Notes under the pieces: model-generated | Databases searched by the model: none | What the model was told of the DNA's origin: nothing | Seen by the model: only the letters and a program-made list of their open reading frames with translations | Assembly (NCBI GenBank): GCA_016432285.1 | Contig: CP066682.1 | Location: forward strand, 352,933 to 416,932 | DNA: 64,000 bases | Origin: Candidatus Kaiserbacteria bacterium | Lineage (GTDB): Bacteria; Patescibacteriota; Minisyncoccia; Phycocordibacterales; UBA2100 | Reading direction: 5' to 3' | Made by a program: the position numbers and the translations under genes | Shown: positions 49,318-58,817 of the stretch, piece by piece | How the letters are laid out: each line of letters starts with the position of its first letter | How positions within the stretch are numbered: the first letter of the stretch is position 1

Positions 49318-50154
49318 ATGGCCCGGTTCGACGAGATCTACCAGGAGATGCTCGGGAAGATCATGAAAGAGGGCGTGCGGCAGGTTTCGGGCCGCAACCA
49401 GCACGAAACGGTCGCGATCCCGGGGATGCACTTTTCGATAGACGTGGAAAAGGAGGGCTTCCCGCTTCTCACGCTCCGCAAGATACCGGTCAAGATGTTC
49501 GTGGCGGAGCAGATCTGGTTTATCGCGGGAGTGCGGAAGCCGTCGGATTTTTTGGAGGATTTCACGAAAATTTGGAATGAGTTCACGAATCCCGCGGGCG
49601 TCGTCACGGTGGCCTACGGCTACCGCTGGCGCAAGCACTTCGGCCGCGATCAGCTCGGCCTCCTCGTGAAATTGTTGAAGAAGGATCCGAGCTCTCGCCA
49701 CGGCGTGATCGTTACATGGGACCCCTCTGAAGACGGACTCGGTGGCACCAAAAGAATGAACGTGCCATGCCCGTACTCGTTTACCGTCAACATCATCGGC
49801 GGGCGGCTGCACCTCCACAACATCGTGCGCTCCAACGACATGGTGCTCGGATTTCCATCCGACGTCGCGGGCTTTGCGCTTTTGCAGTGCATCCTCGCGC
49901 AAAAGCTCGGCGTCGCTCCGGGCATATACAGCCACTCGATCTCCAACGCACACGTCTGGGACAATCAGTATCCGGTTGCCGAAGAGCTCTTGAAGCGAAA
50001 AAGCGAACATCCTGCGATCAAAGTGGTGTTGCCCAAAAACACGTTCGATCGCGCGGAGAAAAAAGACAAGAAATTGGTCGACGAGATCGTGAATCCGATC
50101 GCCGCGCAGTACCAGCCGCTTCCCGCGATTTCCGGCATGCAAATTGTGCTTTGA
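49318..50154 (+). CDS. thyA: Thymidylate synthase (ThyA type)
   Basis: VPCPYSFTVNIIGGRLHLHNIVRSNDMVLGFPSDVAGFALL matches the ThyA active-site region. The alternative start is ATG 49306. Confidence 0.9.
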   Translation: MARFDEIYQEMLGKIMKEGVRQVSGRNQHETVAIPGMHFSIDVEKEGFPLLTLRKIPVKMFVAEQIWFIAGVRKPSDFLEDFTKIWNEFTNPAGVVTVAYGYRWRKHFGRDQLGLLVKLLKKDPSSRHGVIVTWDPSEDGLGGTKRMNVPCPYSFTVNIIGGRLHLHNIVRSNDMVLGFPSDVAGFALLQCILAQKLGVAPGIYSHSISNAHVWDNQYPVAEELLKRKSEHPAIKVVLPKNTFDRAEKKDKKLVDEIVNPIAAQYQPLPAISGMQIVL

Positions 50155-50156
50155 GC

Positions 50157-50774
50157 ATGGATGATCTAAATAAGCCACTTACGGCGAGACAGGGTATTGA
50201 GCGAGAAGCCCAGCTTTCCTTTTTGAAGAAAATTTTTGAGAGTCAGCTTCCGGTGTATTTGGTAGGCGGCCTTGCGGATGACGCACTCCTCCATAAAAAG
50301 GCCACAAGACGTCACCAAGATGTCGACTTTTTGGCATCGCGCCACGATTCGGACCTGTTAATAGAGGAACTTTCGCGTATGGGCTACAGAGTTCGTGAAG
50401 AGGGACCGGTCCCGCTGCGAGAGAGCCCATATAAGCTGTCTATCCTGGGGAATAACATCAAAGCGGAAGTCGTTTTTTACGATAGAGATCAAAACGGCGA
50501 ATCTTATGTCGCACTATCGAACCCCATGATGGGTGAAAGGTTGCGGGTGTATGTCGATATGAAGGAAGCGATGCCTGCTCAGCAGATCAATGGTATCGAA
50601 GTGAAGACGGTTTCCACACTTACCCTCATACGTCTAAAAGACGAATACCATCAGGCGGGAGCGCCCGAATCCAACCCTCAACAGGTTCGAACTAGGAATA
50701 GACTCATTGACAAGTTCTACCCCGGAGAAAATCCTGATTCTGACAAATTCAAGCTTCGGATCGAGAAAGAGTGA
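50157..50774 (+). CDS. Nucleotidyltransferase-fold protein (aminoglycoside 2''-adenylyltransferase-like domain); low-GC islet
   Basis: LPVYLVGGLADDALLHKKATRRHQDVDF parallels the LW.GGGWA.DA..G...R.H.D.D pattern recalled for ANT(2'')-type enzymes. GC is visibly lower than in the flanking thyA and dcd. Confidence 0.5.
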   Translation: MDDLNKPLTARQGIEREAQLSFLKKIFESQLPVYLVGGLADDALLHKKATRRHQDVDFLASRHDSDLLIEELSRMGYRVREEGPVPLRESPYKLSILGNNIKAEVVFYDRDQNGESYVALSNPMMGERLRVYVDMKEAMPAQQINGIEVKTVSTLTLIRLKDEYHQAGAPESNPQQVRTRNRLIDKFYPGENPDSDKFKLRIEKE

Positions 50775-50815
50775 TGGTTCGACGGTTGCTGGAAGCAAGA
50801 TATAATGCCAAGTCC

Positions 50816-51445
50816 ATGGCCATCCTTACCGGCGAAGAGATCCTGGCGCGCGTGAAGAAAGGCAACATCGCCTTCTCTCCTGGGCTCGACCAGTTCCAGC
50901 TCCAGACCCACGCCGTCGACCTCCGGCTCGGCTTCACCTTCCTCATCCCGAAGTCGTGGCACATGACCGCGAAAGGTCGCGAAGCGTACCGCATCGATCC
51001 CTTGAAGGATCACGGTCCCGAATACTTCGACATCATCGAGCTCGAACAGGGGCAGTGTTTTGAACTCCTGCCGCAGGAGTACGTGCTCGTCTCCACCTTT
51101 GAGACGATCAAAGTGCCGGACGATCTCATGGCCGTGCTCTACCCGCGCTCGTCGGTGAACCGCAAGGGTCTTTCCGTCGATCTCACGGGCATCATCGACT
51201 CGGGCTACGAAGGGCCCCTCACGCTTCCCGTCAAAAACAACACACGCTCGCAGGTGATCCAGTTGCACCCGGGGGAGCGCTTCTGCCAAGTCGTCTTCGA
51301 GCAGCTTTCCAAAAAGGTGAAGCCTCGCCGCAGTCGGTGGCACCAGAAAGACGTGGTGGAAAAGGGCGCAAAAGAAAAGAGCGTGGAGATGAAGATGGTC
51401 TTTGGGGGAGATCTGAAGAAGCTGAAAAAAGATTTTGCAGCATGA
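50816..51445 (+). CDS. dcd: dCTP deaminase family protein with a basic C-terminal extension of about 35 aa
   Basis: HAVDLRLG..., GIIDSGYEGPLTLPVKNN. TATAAT 50801-50806 lies 9 nt upstream of the ATG. Confidence 0.8.
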   Translation: MAILTGEEILARVKKGNIAFSPGLDQFQLQTHAVDLRLGFTFLIPKSWHMTAKGREAYRIDPLKDHGPEYFDIIELEQGQCFELLPQEYVLVSTFETIKVPDDLMAVLYPRSSVNRKGLSVDLTGIIDSGYEGPLTLPVKNNTRSQVIQLHPGERFCQVVFEQLSKKVKPRRSRWHQKDVVEKGAKEKSVEMKMVFGGDLKKLKKDFAA

Positions 51446-51446
51446 T

Positions 51447-51947
51447 ATGGCTGCGAGAATCTGTGCGGTCGTAGCGATCGGAAAAAATCGGGAACTCGGC
51501 AAAGACGGCAAGCTCCTCTGGCACATTCCCGCCGACCTGAAGCGCTTCAAAGAGCTGACGCTCGGGCATCCCGTGATCATGGGGCGTAAAACCTTCGAGT
51601 CGATCGTGGACTACCTCGGCGGCCCGTTGCCTGATCGCACCAATATCGTCGTGACGCGGGATCGTAGCTGGAAGCACGAGGGCGTGATTGCGGTGGGATC
51701 ACTGGACGAGGCTATCGCGCAGGCCCGGCAGCTCGATGACCAAGAAATTCACATCGGCGGCGGTGCGGACATATACGCGCAAGCGCTCCCGCAGATCGAT
51801 CGGCTCTACCTTACGCTCATCGATGCAAAAGGGGATGCGGACACTTTTTTCCCGGCATACGAAGACGAGTTTACGAAAAAGACGCTCGAAGAGGCGCACG
51901 AGTGGAATGGTTTGAAGTATCGCTACGTGAATCTCGAGCGTTCATAA
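51447..51947 (+). CDS. folA: Dihydrofolate reductase
   Basis: AVVAIGKNRELGKDGKLLWHIPADLKRFKELTLGHPVIMGRKTFESI. Confidence 0.9.
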   Translation: MAARICAVVAIGKNRELGKDGKLLWHIPADLKRFKELTLGHPVIMGRKTFESIVDYLGGPLPDRTNIVVTRDRSWKHEGVIAVGSLDEAIAQARQLDDQEIHIGGGADIYAQALPQIDRLYLTLIDAKGDADTFFPAYEDEFTKKTLEEAHEWNGLKYRYVNLERS

Positions 51948-52374
51948 AAACGCGCCCCGGAGAAGACTCCGAGGCGCGGGAAAGATCCAGCTCGCATGCG
52001 ACGTAGAAGGTCGGCCGACCGGTGAAGCGGTTCACGCGCGCGTAGATGTGCGCCGTGCGCTCGGTGATCCGGGGCTTGAGGCAGGCGACGATTGCTTCAT
52101 GGTGCCCGCCCGACTCGTCTCTGAAGCCGAGACGCCGGATCGTGCCCCGCGTGGTGATTTCTGGCGAGAGCAGCGAGCGGATGCCGATGTCGTAGACTGC
52201 CTCCGCGCCGGTAAAGACCGCGATGCCGAGCCGCTGCCGTTGTTCGGCGAACGGGATTCCGGCGGACATGTCTTGCGCGATCTCCCGCGTCTTGGATCTC
52301 GGGTCGCCGAATGCGGTCATCAAGATCATGATCACAAATGCGCTCGCCATACCGGCGACAATGGATTTCTGCAT
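51871..52374 (-). CDS. Hypothetical membrane-anchored protein (167 aa)
   Basis: GAGGAG lies 7 nt upstream of the ATG (MQKSIVAGMASAFVIMILMTAFG...). Its 3' 77 nt overlap the end of folA convergently. Confidence 0.45.
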   Translation of the reverse strand: MQKSIVAGMASAFVIMILMTAFGDPRSKTREIAQDMSAGIPFAEQRQRLGIAVFTGAEAVYDIGIRSLLSPEITTRGTIRRLGFRDESGGHHEAIVACLKPRITERTAHIYARVNRFTGRPTFYVACELDLSRASESSPGRVFMNARDSRSDTSNHSTRAPLRASFS

Positions 52375-52442
52375 CTCACGTCTCCTCGTGCTGTGTTGCC
52401 GTCCGAAAACATTTATGCGTCCGGAGAGGAAGATTGTCAAAA

Positions 52443-53444
52443 TCACGAACGAGAGAGACTCTTCAAAACCTTGAGATACAAGTTTTCGACGATTTTTTCC
52501 TGTGCCTTGCCTGCTTTTACGTAGTGATCGAGGCCGGGCGCGGCGTTGATTTCGAGCACGACGTACCTGTGCGGTGTCTGCTCGATGCCGCCCTCCGTCA
52601 TAATATCGACGCCACAGAGCCGGAGCCCCATGTCCTTGGTGAGACGTATCGCGAGACGCTTCCAGCCCGGATGGATCGATTGCGTGACATCGACTGCATC
52701 GCCGCCGCTCGAGAGGTTCGCATTGTCGAGCAAGAAAATCCGCTCGCCGCGCGCGGGCACTGATCGCATCGAGCGTTTCTGCGCGCGCAACTTTGCTTTC
52801 ATGCGCGCGTCGTCGAGCTGTATGTTCGTGTCGCGGCTCGCGGCAAGAAAGGCGCGCGCTTTCTTGCGAAGAAGCTGCCCGATCGTCGATCTGCCGTCGC
52901 CGACGACGCTGAGGGGGATTCGCTCGTACGCGGAGATCACGTTCGTATCGAGCACCACGATGCGGTAGTCGCGGCCGCGCGCGAGTCGCTGCACCAGAGC
53001 CACGCGGTCGTTTGCGAAGACGTGCTTCAGCGCCGCTTTCAGCTCCCGATCGCTGCGAACCACGAGGACTCCCGTCCCGTGACTGCCGCTGTTGGGCTTC
53101 ACCACGAGCGGGTAGCCAATTTTTTTTGCGTAGGCAGCCGCTGCTTTGCCCGAGCGCTTCGACCGGAGGATTTTCGCGAAATCGTCGCGGAAAAAAGTTT
53201 TGCCCTCGATCGCCCTGTAGCCCATCCTTCGCATGAAGAAGGCCGCATAATCTTTGTCCTTGGCGATGTCGGACGAGCCCACTCTATTCAGGTCGAGCGT
53301 GTTGTACCGGAAGTAGCTCTTCCTGCCGTTTCGGAAAATGATTTGGCCAGCCACGCCCCATGTAGGCTCAAGCAGCACACGCGCGCCCACCTGCGGCGCG
53401 ATTTTCTTCAGCAATTTTCCGAGAAGCAGGCTCTCTTTTTGCAT
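52443..53444 (-). CDS. Stand-alone ATP-grasp ligase resembling the N-terminal ATP-grasp of cyanophycin synthetase / RimK family
   Basis: IGYPLVVKPNSGSHGTGV..., DYRIVVLDTNVISAYER, VLEINAAPGL. Confidence 0.7.
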   Translation of the reverse strand: MQKESLLLGKLLKKIAPQVGARVLLEPTWGVAGQIIFRNGRKSYFRYNTLDLNRVGSSDIAKDKDYAAFFMRRMGYRAIEGKTFFRDDFAKILRSKRSGKAAAAYAKKIGYPLVVKPNSGSHGTGVLVVRSDRELKAALKHVFANDRVALVQRLARGRDYRIVVLDTNVISAYERIPLSVVGDGRSTIGQLLRKKARAFLAASRDTNIQLDDARMKAKLRAQKRSMRSVPARGERIFLLDNANLSSGGDAVDVTQSIHPGWKRLAIRLTKDMGLRLCGVDIMTEGGIEQTPHRYVVLEINAAPGLDHYVKAGKAQEKIVENLYLKVLKSLSRS

Positions 53445-53504
53445 ACCGTGGGCGCATCATACATCGTTGATTTTTTTCGCAAATGGCGTAGTATTATGAA
53501 AATC

Positions 53505-56423
53505 ATGGCCCATCGTATCGCGGTCTACCCATCGAAAGTGGGGGACGCGCGTGCCGAGGGGGTGCTCCGGTCCCTGAAAGCGGTTTTTCCCACAGCACAT
53601 CTTGATCGGGTCGCCAGTGTGGCGACCTACGTCGTTGAAGCGGCGCTCACCGATCGCGACCTGGAGGTGGCGGCCGTTCGGCTTACGAACCCGATCATCG
53701 AACACTCCTCGAGAGAATCCGTCGACGCACCTGCGGGGTACGCATTCGCGATCGAGATCGGCTACCTGCCGGGCGTGACGGACAACGTGGGCAAAACCGC
53801 GCGCGAGACGATCGAAGATGCGCTTTCAAAAAAGTTCAGCGGGGGCGAGGCCGTCTATTCCTCCACTCTCTATTTTTTCTTCGGTGATCTCACCAAAAAA
53901 GACGCGGAGGCGTTCGCGAAAGAGCTCCACAACCCCTTGATCCAACGCACTATCGTATATGGTAGTGGCGAAAAAGAATTTCCGATTGTCGTTCCTCGCG
54001 TTGATCTCCATGCGCCACCGGAGGCGGATCTAGTCGATCTCGACGTCGACGACGCAGAGCTCCTGCGGATCGGCAAAGAGGGAATACAAAACAGAGATGG
54101 CACAAGGCGCGGCCCGCTCGCACTTTCGGTGCGGGCGCTGAAGGTGATCCGCGATTATTTCAAACAGGAGGGCCGCAAGCCAAGCGATATAGAGCTCGAA
54201 GCGCTCGCACAGGCGTGGTCGGAGCACTGCAAGCACACGATCTTCGCCGATCCGCTCGACGAGATTGAAGACGGGATCTACCGCCGCTACATCAAAGGCG
54301 CCACGGAGAAAATCCGCAAAGAAAAGGGGAAGAGGGATTTTTGCGTATCGGTGTTCAAAGACAATTCCGGCGCGATCGCGTTCGACGAAAAATACCTCGT
54401 CACGCACAAGGTGGAGACGCACAACTCACCCTCGGGGCTCGACCCCTTCGGCGGCTCGGTCACGGCGATCGTGGGCGTCAATCGCGATTGCCTCGGCTTC
54501 GGGCTCGGCGCGAAGCCGATCGCCAATACGTACGGCTTTTGCGTAGCCGACCCCACCGATGCTACCGAGCTCTTTCGCGATAAAGAAAAAACACAGCCGC
54601 TTCTTCCGGCACGCCGCATACTCGAAGGCGTGATCGCCGGTGTGAACGCGGGAGGCAACCAAAGCGGCATCCCCACGATGGACGGCTTCGTGATCGCAGA
54701 CCCTTCCTACCGCGGCAAACCGCTCGTGTACGGCGGCACCGTCGGGCTCATCCCTCGTAAGAAAGGCTCGCGTACGTTGTATGAAAAAAAGGCCAAGGCG
54801 GGCGATTACATCGTGATGATCGGCGGCAGGGTCGGCCTCGACGGGATCCACGGCGCGACCTTTTCTTCAGAATCGCTCTCGTCCGGCTCGCCCGCGACCG
54901 CGGTGCAGATTGGAGATCCGATCACGCAAAAGAAATTCTCCGATGCGCTCGTGCGCGAGGCGCGTGATGCGGGACTCTACTCCAGCATCACTGACGACGG
55001 CGCGGGCGGACTCTCTGGATCGGTGGGAGAGATGGCGCGCGAGAGCGATGGAGCACTGGTGGATCTCGAAACCGTCCCACTGAAGTACCCGGGCCTCTCG
55101 CCGTGGCAGATCTGGCTCTCCGAATCCCAAGAGCGCATGACGCTCGCGGTCCCGAAATCGAAATGGAGCGCCTTCCAAAAAATCTGCGAGCGACACGACG
55201 TGGAGGCCACGCGCATCGGGGAGTTTACTTCCTCCGGGCGGTGCATCGTCCGCCACAAAGGGCAAACGGTGCTCGACATCTCGCTCGATTTTCTACATGA
55301 GGGCCGCCCGATCGAAGCACAAAAGAGCGCACGACCCGAGCCGAAATCGCTTTCGACACAAAAGCACGCCGACCTTGGCGAAGCGCTGCTCGATATGCTC
55401 TCTCGTCCGAGTATCGGTTCGATCTCTTTTATCTCGCAGCAGTACGATCACGAGGTGCAGGGCACGTCTGTCACAAAGCCGCTCCAAGGGAAAGGGCGCG
55501 TCAATGCGGAGGCCACTGTCTTGAAGCCGCTCGCGGAAAGCGATAAGGGAGTCGTGCTCGCGCACGGTATTGCGCCGTGGTACTCGAAGATCGACACGTA
55601 CGCCATGGCGGCCGCCGCGATCGACACGGTGGTGCGCAATGCCATCATCGCAGGAGCCTCGCGCGATTATCTCGCGATCCTCGACAATTTCTGCTGGTCA
55701 TCGAGCGATGCGCCCGAGCGCCTCTTCGAGCTGAAAATGGCGTCGAAAGCGTGTTACGACGTCGCCACCGCGTACGGCACCCCTTTCATTTCTGGTAAAG
55801 ACTCGATGTTCAACGACTTCCGCGGATACACGGCGGAAGGAAAGCCGACGCATATCGCCGCGCTTCCGACGCTGCTCGTCTCCGCCATCGGCGTGATCCC
55901 CAACGTGGAGAAAGCAATGACGATCGATCTGAAGCGAGTGGGGGACCTCCTGTATGTGGCAGGCGAGACCAACGATGAGCTCGGCGCTTCCGAGTATTCG
56001 GAGGCGGGCGACGTGCCGATTGTCGATACGAAGAAAAATGCGGCCGTCTACGATGCCGTGGCAAAGGCGATCGGAAACGGACTCGTGGCTTCTGCGATCG
56101 GCGTCGGCCGTGGCGGTCTTGCGGTCGCCCTCGCGAAATCCGTTATCGCAGGGAAACTCGGGGCCGCAATCGACCTCTCGAAGCTTGCGGGTAGAGCGAA
56201 AGGCGACGCCGAGAAGCTCTTTTCCGAAAGCCAGGGCCGCATTTTGCTTTCGGTACCACGCACTTCGAAAGCCGCATTCGAGAAAATGTGTCAAGGTGTC
56301 ACCGTGACAGAGGTCGGTGAGGTGCTCGAGGCGGCTTCGCTTTCCGTCGAGGGAGACAAGTCGATTGAGATTCCGCTCTCAAAACTCACCGAGGCATATC
56401 GGTCCTTCTTCAAAAAATGGTAG
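53505..56423 (+). CDS. purL: FGAM synthase synthetase subunit PurL with an N-terminal PurS-like/large-PurL N-domain
   Basis: WSEHCKHTIF, ETHNSPS, and duplicated AIR-synthase-like domains. TATTAT 53492-53497 lies 7 nt upstream of ATG 53505. The alternative start is ATG 53496. The 1133-aa ORF prefix is antisense to the ATP-grasp gene. Confidence 0.9.
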   Translation: MAHRIAVYPSKVGDARAEGVLRSLKAVFPTAHLDRVASVATYVVEAALTDRDLEVAAVRLTNPIIEHSSRESVDAPAGYAFAIEIGYLPGVTDNVGKTARETIEDALSKKFSGGEAVYSSTLYFFFGDLTKKDAEAFAKELHNPLIQRTIVYGSGEKEFPIVVPRVDLHAPPEADLVDLDVDDAELLRIGKEGIQNRDGTRRGPLALSVRALKVIRDYFKQEGRKPSDIELEALAQAWSEHCKHTIFADPLDEIEDGIYRRYIKGATEKIRKEKGKRDFCVSVFKDNSGAIAFDEKYLVTHKVETHNSPSGLDPFGGSVTAIVGVNRDCLGFGLGAKPIANTYGFCVADPTDATELFRDKEKTQPLLPARRILEGVIAGVNAGGNQSGIPTMDGFVIADPSYRGKPLVYGGTVGLIPRKKGSRTLYEKKAKAGDYIVMIGGRVGLDGIHGATFSSESLSSGSPATAVQIGDPITQKKFSDALVREARDAGLYSSITDDGAGGLSGSVGEMARESDGALVDLETVPLKYPGLSPWQIWLSESQERMTLAVPKSKWSAFQKICERHDVEATRIGEFTSSGRCIVRHKGQTVLDISLDFLHEGRPIEAQKSARPEPKSLSTQKHADLGEALLDMLSRPSIGSISFISQQYDHEVQGTSVTKPLQGKGRVNAEATVLKPLAESDKGVVLAHGIAPWYSKIDTYAMAAAAIDTVVRNAIIAGASRDYLAILDNFCWSSSDAPERLFELKMASKACYDVATAYGTPFISGKDSMFNDFRGYTAEGKPTHIAALPTLLVSAIGVIPNVEKAMTIDLKRVGDLLYVAGETNDELGASEYSEAGDVPIVDTKKNAAVYDAVAKAIGNGLVASAIGVGRGGLAVALAKSVIAGKLGAAIDLSKLAGRAKGDAEKLFSESQGRILLSVPRTSKAAFEKMCQGVTVTEVGEVLEAASLSVEGDKSIEIPLSKLTEAYRSFFKKW

Positions 56424-56439
56424 TTTCACTGCGCTCACT

Positions 56440-57213
56440 ATGAAAAAGAAACCACATGTCATTCTATTTTCGGGATACGGGCTCAACACCGAGGACGAAA
56501 CCAAGTGTGCGTTCGAGTTGGTGGGCGCAACGGCGGACATCGTGCACATCAACGATCTCATCGCCGATCCGAAGTTGCTCGGGAAGGCGCAGGTACTCGT
56601 GATGCCCGGAGGATTTTCGTACGGCGACGATACGGGCGCCGGCAAGGCGTACGGCAACAGGGTAAAGCAGCATCTCAGCGGTGCGATCGAGCAGTTCCTC
56701 GCACGGGATACGCTCATGATCGGCATCTGCAACGGCTTCCAGATCATCACGAATGCGGGTTTCGTGCCGGGCGCGCTTTTGCAAAACGACTCGGGTCGTT
56801 ACAGCTGCCGCTGGGTCGACCTCGAAGTGACGGGCGAGAGTCCGTGGCTCACCGGAATCAAGTCGCTCAGCGTGCCGATCGCCCATGGCGAGGGGAAGTA
56901 TTTCGCGCCCCCGGAAACGCTCGCGCAGCTCAAAAAGGAGGGCGCGATCGCCCTCCGGTACGTGCGTGGGGAGACGGCGAATTATTTCGACATGCCGGAG
57001 AATCCGAACGGCTCGCTCGAGAATATCGCGGGTGTTACATCTCACGGTGGCCGCGTCCTCGGGCTCATGCCCCACCCCGAGCGGGCCGTGCGCTTCACGC
57101 AGCTGCCGCACTGGACCTACCTGCGGGAAGGATATGTCCGGGACGGCAAGGAGCTCCCCGCGGAAGGGCCGGGGCTTCAGCTTTTTAGAAATGCGGTACA
57201 CTACTTCTCATGA
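56440..57213 (+). CDS. purQ: FGAM synthase glutaminase subunit PurQ
   Basis: VMPGGFSYGDD, GICNGFQI, HPER triad context. Confidence 0.9.
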   Translation: MKKKPHVILFSGYGLNTEDETKCAFELVGATADIVHINDLIADPKLLGKAQVLVMPGGFSYGDDTGAGKAYGNRVKQHLSGAIEQFLARDTLMIGICNGFQIITNAGFVPGALLQNDSGRYSCRWVDLEVTGESPWLTGIKSLSVPIAHGEGKYFAPPETLAQLKKEGAIALRYVRGETANYFDMPENPNGSLENIAGVTSHGGRVLGLMPHPERAVRFTQLPHWTYLREGYVRDGKELPAEGPGLQLFRNAVHYFS

Positions 57214-57743
57214 ACAAACCACTTGTCGGCATCCTGATGGGCTCTGATTCGGATCTTCCGGTCATGCAGGAGGCGTTGAAGGCGCTTGAAGAATTCGGCA
57301 TTCCGTCCGAAGTGCACACGCTCTCCGCGCACCGCACGCCCGAAGCCGTCGTCGACTATGTGCGCAAAAGTGAAGCGGCAGGCTACAAAGCCTTCATCTG
57401 CGGTGCCGGCGGCGCGGCGCATCTTGCCGGAGTGGTGGCCGCACACACGACGCTTCCCGTGATCGGCGTGCCGCTGGAGAGCGCCAAGATGGGCGCCGCC
57501 GGCGTTGACGCGCTCTTTTCCACCGTGCAAATGCCGCCGGGAATCCCTGTTGCCACCGTGGCGATCAACGGCGCGAAAAATGCTGGAATTCTTGCCGCGC
57601 AGATAATCGGCGCGGGAGATGAGTCGGTGCGCGCGAAGGTAGTAGCGTACAAAGAAAAAATGGCGAAAGACATTTCGGCCAAAGATCTGGAACTTCAAGA
57701 GAAAGGTTTTAAGAAATATCTTGAAGACAAGGGGCTGATATGA
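57210..57743 (+). CDS. purE: Phosphoribosylaminoimidazole carboxylase catalytic subunit / N5-CAIR mutase PurE
   Basis: [39 protein letters not shown] overlap with purQ. Confidence 0.93.
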   Translation: MNKPLVGILMGSDSDLPVMQEALKALEEFGIPSEVHTLSAHRTPEAVVDYVRKSEAAGYKAFICGAGGAAHLAGVVAAHTTLPVIGVPLESAKMGAAGVDALFSTVQMPPGIPVATVAINGAKNAGILAAQIIGAGDESVRAKVVAYKEKMAKDISAKDLELQEKGFKKYLEDKGLI

Positions 57744-58783
57744 GTATCAAGAAATCACTCACGTACAAAGTGGCGGGAGTCGATATAGATACGGCCAACG
57801 AAACCAAGAGCGAGTTGAAGGGAATTCTTGATACCGCTGATCAGCGTGTCCTCAACAGGGTGGGCGCGTTCGCCACGCTCTTCGACGGCCGCTTTCCCGA
57901 ATACGAGCATCCCGTGCTCGTTTTCAAGACCGAGGAGCCCGGCTCCAAGCAAAAGATCGCACTCGATCATGGGAGTGTAGAGACGATTTGCCAGGATTTG
58001 ATCAACCACCTCATCAACGACGCCATCGTCATGGGCGCGAAGCCGCTTTCGGTCCAGGACTGTGTCGTCTGCGGCAAGCTGGAGAAAGACGTGATCCTGC
58101 GGATGGTGAAGGCGCTCTCGGAGGCGTGCAAGGCGCAAGGCGCAGTGTTGACGGGCGGGGAGACCTCGGAGCAGCCGAGCGTCGTGCCGGCAGGCACCTA
58201 CGTTCTCACTGCGAGCATCGTGGGCGTCGTCGACAAAAAGAACCTGATCGACGGCTCCAAGATTAAAGAGGGAGACACCGTGCTCGCGCTCGCTTCGAGC
58301 GGTATTCACACCAACGGTTACTCGCTGGTGCGGAAGATCATGGAAACGGCTCCGGAGATTCTAAAAGAATCGATCGACGGCAAGCCCTTTATCGAAACGA
58401 TCCTGACGCCGCATCGGTGTTACTACAGCGCGCTCAAAGACCTGTTCGGCAACGACGGACTCGTCGGGCTCGCGCACATCACCGGGGGCGGTATCAAAGA
58501 AAATCTCAACCGCATTCTGCCGAAAAATCTTTCGTCCCGCATCGATCTCTCGAAGATCCGCGTGTTGCCGATTTTTAAGACGCTCAAAAAGTTCGGCAAT
58601 CTCGATGATGCGGATATGCTGCGCACCTTCAATCTCGGCGTCGGCATGATGGCCGTGGTCAAGCCGGAATATGCCTCCGAAGCGATTGCGCACCTCCAGA
58701 AAACCGGCATCGATACGTACGTGGTGGGCACCATTGCGGCGGGGGATGGGTCGGTCGCGACCGAAGGCGAGCTCACGTGGTGA
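57740..58783 (+). CDS. purM: AIR synthetase PurM
   Basis: YKVAGVDID, LINHLINDAIVMGA, GIHTNGYSLVRK. ATGA overlap with purE. Confidence 0.93.
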   Translation: MSIKKSLTYKVAGVDIDTANETKSELKGILDTADQRVLNRVGAFATLFDGRFPEYEHPVLVFKTEEPGSKQKIALDHGSVETICQDLINHLINDAIVMGAKPLSVQDCVVCGKLEKDVILRMVKALSEACKAQGAVLTGGETSEQPSVVPAGTYVLTASIVGVVDKKNLIDGSKIKEGDTVLALASSGIHTNGYSLVRKIMETAPEILKESIDGKPFIETILTPHRCYYSALKDLFGNDGLVGLAHITGGGIKENLNRILPKNLSSRIDLSKIRVLPIFKTLKKFGNLDDADMLRTFNLGVGMMAVVKPEYASEAIAHLQKTGIDTYVVGTIAAGDGSVATEGELTW

Positions 58784-58812
58784 TTGACATCATAGTAAAT
58801 ATGATGTATACT
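58784..58812 (+). promoter_or_regulatory. Consensus sigma70 promoter of purC-purB (leaderless geometry)
   Basis: TTGACA (58784-58789), 17-nt spacer, TATACT (58807-58812), then 5 nt to ATG 58818. Confidence 0.75.
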
Positions 58813-58817
58813 CAAAT

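Noticed and set aside
48802-50178. 458-aa minus-strand ORF and 380-aa plus-strand ORF (49012-50154) overlapping each other.
   Set aside because: Motifs show two divergent genes of normal size: dCMP deaminase (48802-49281, minus) and thyA (49318-50154, plus). The remaining ORF extensions are antisense read-through.
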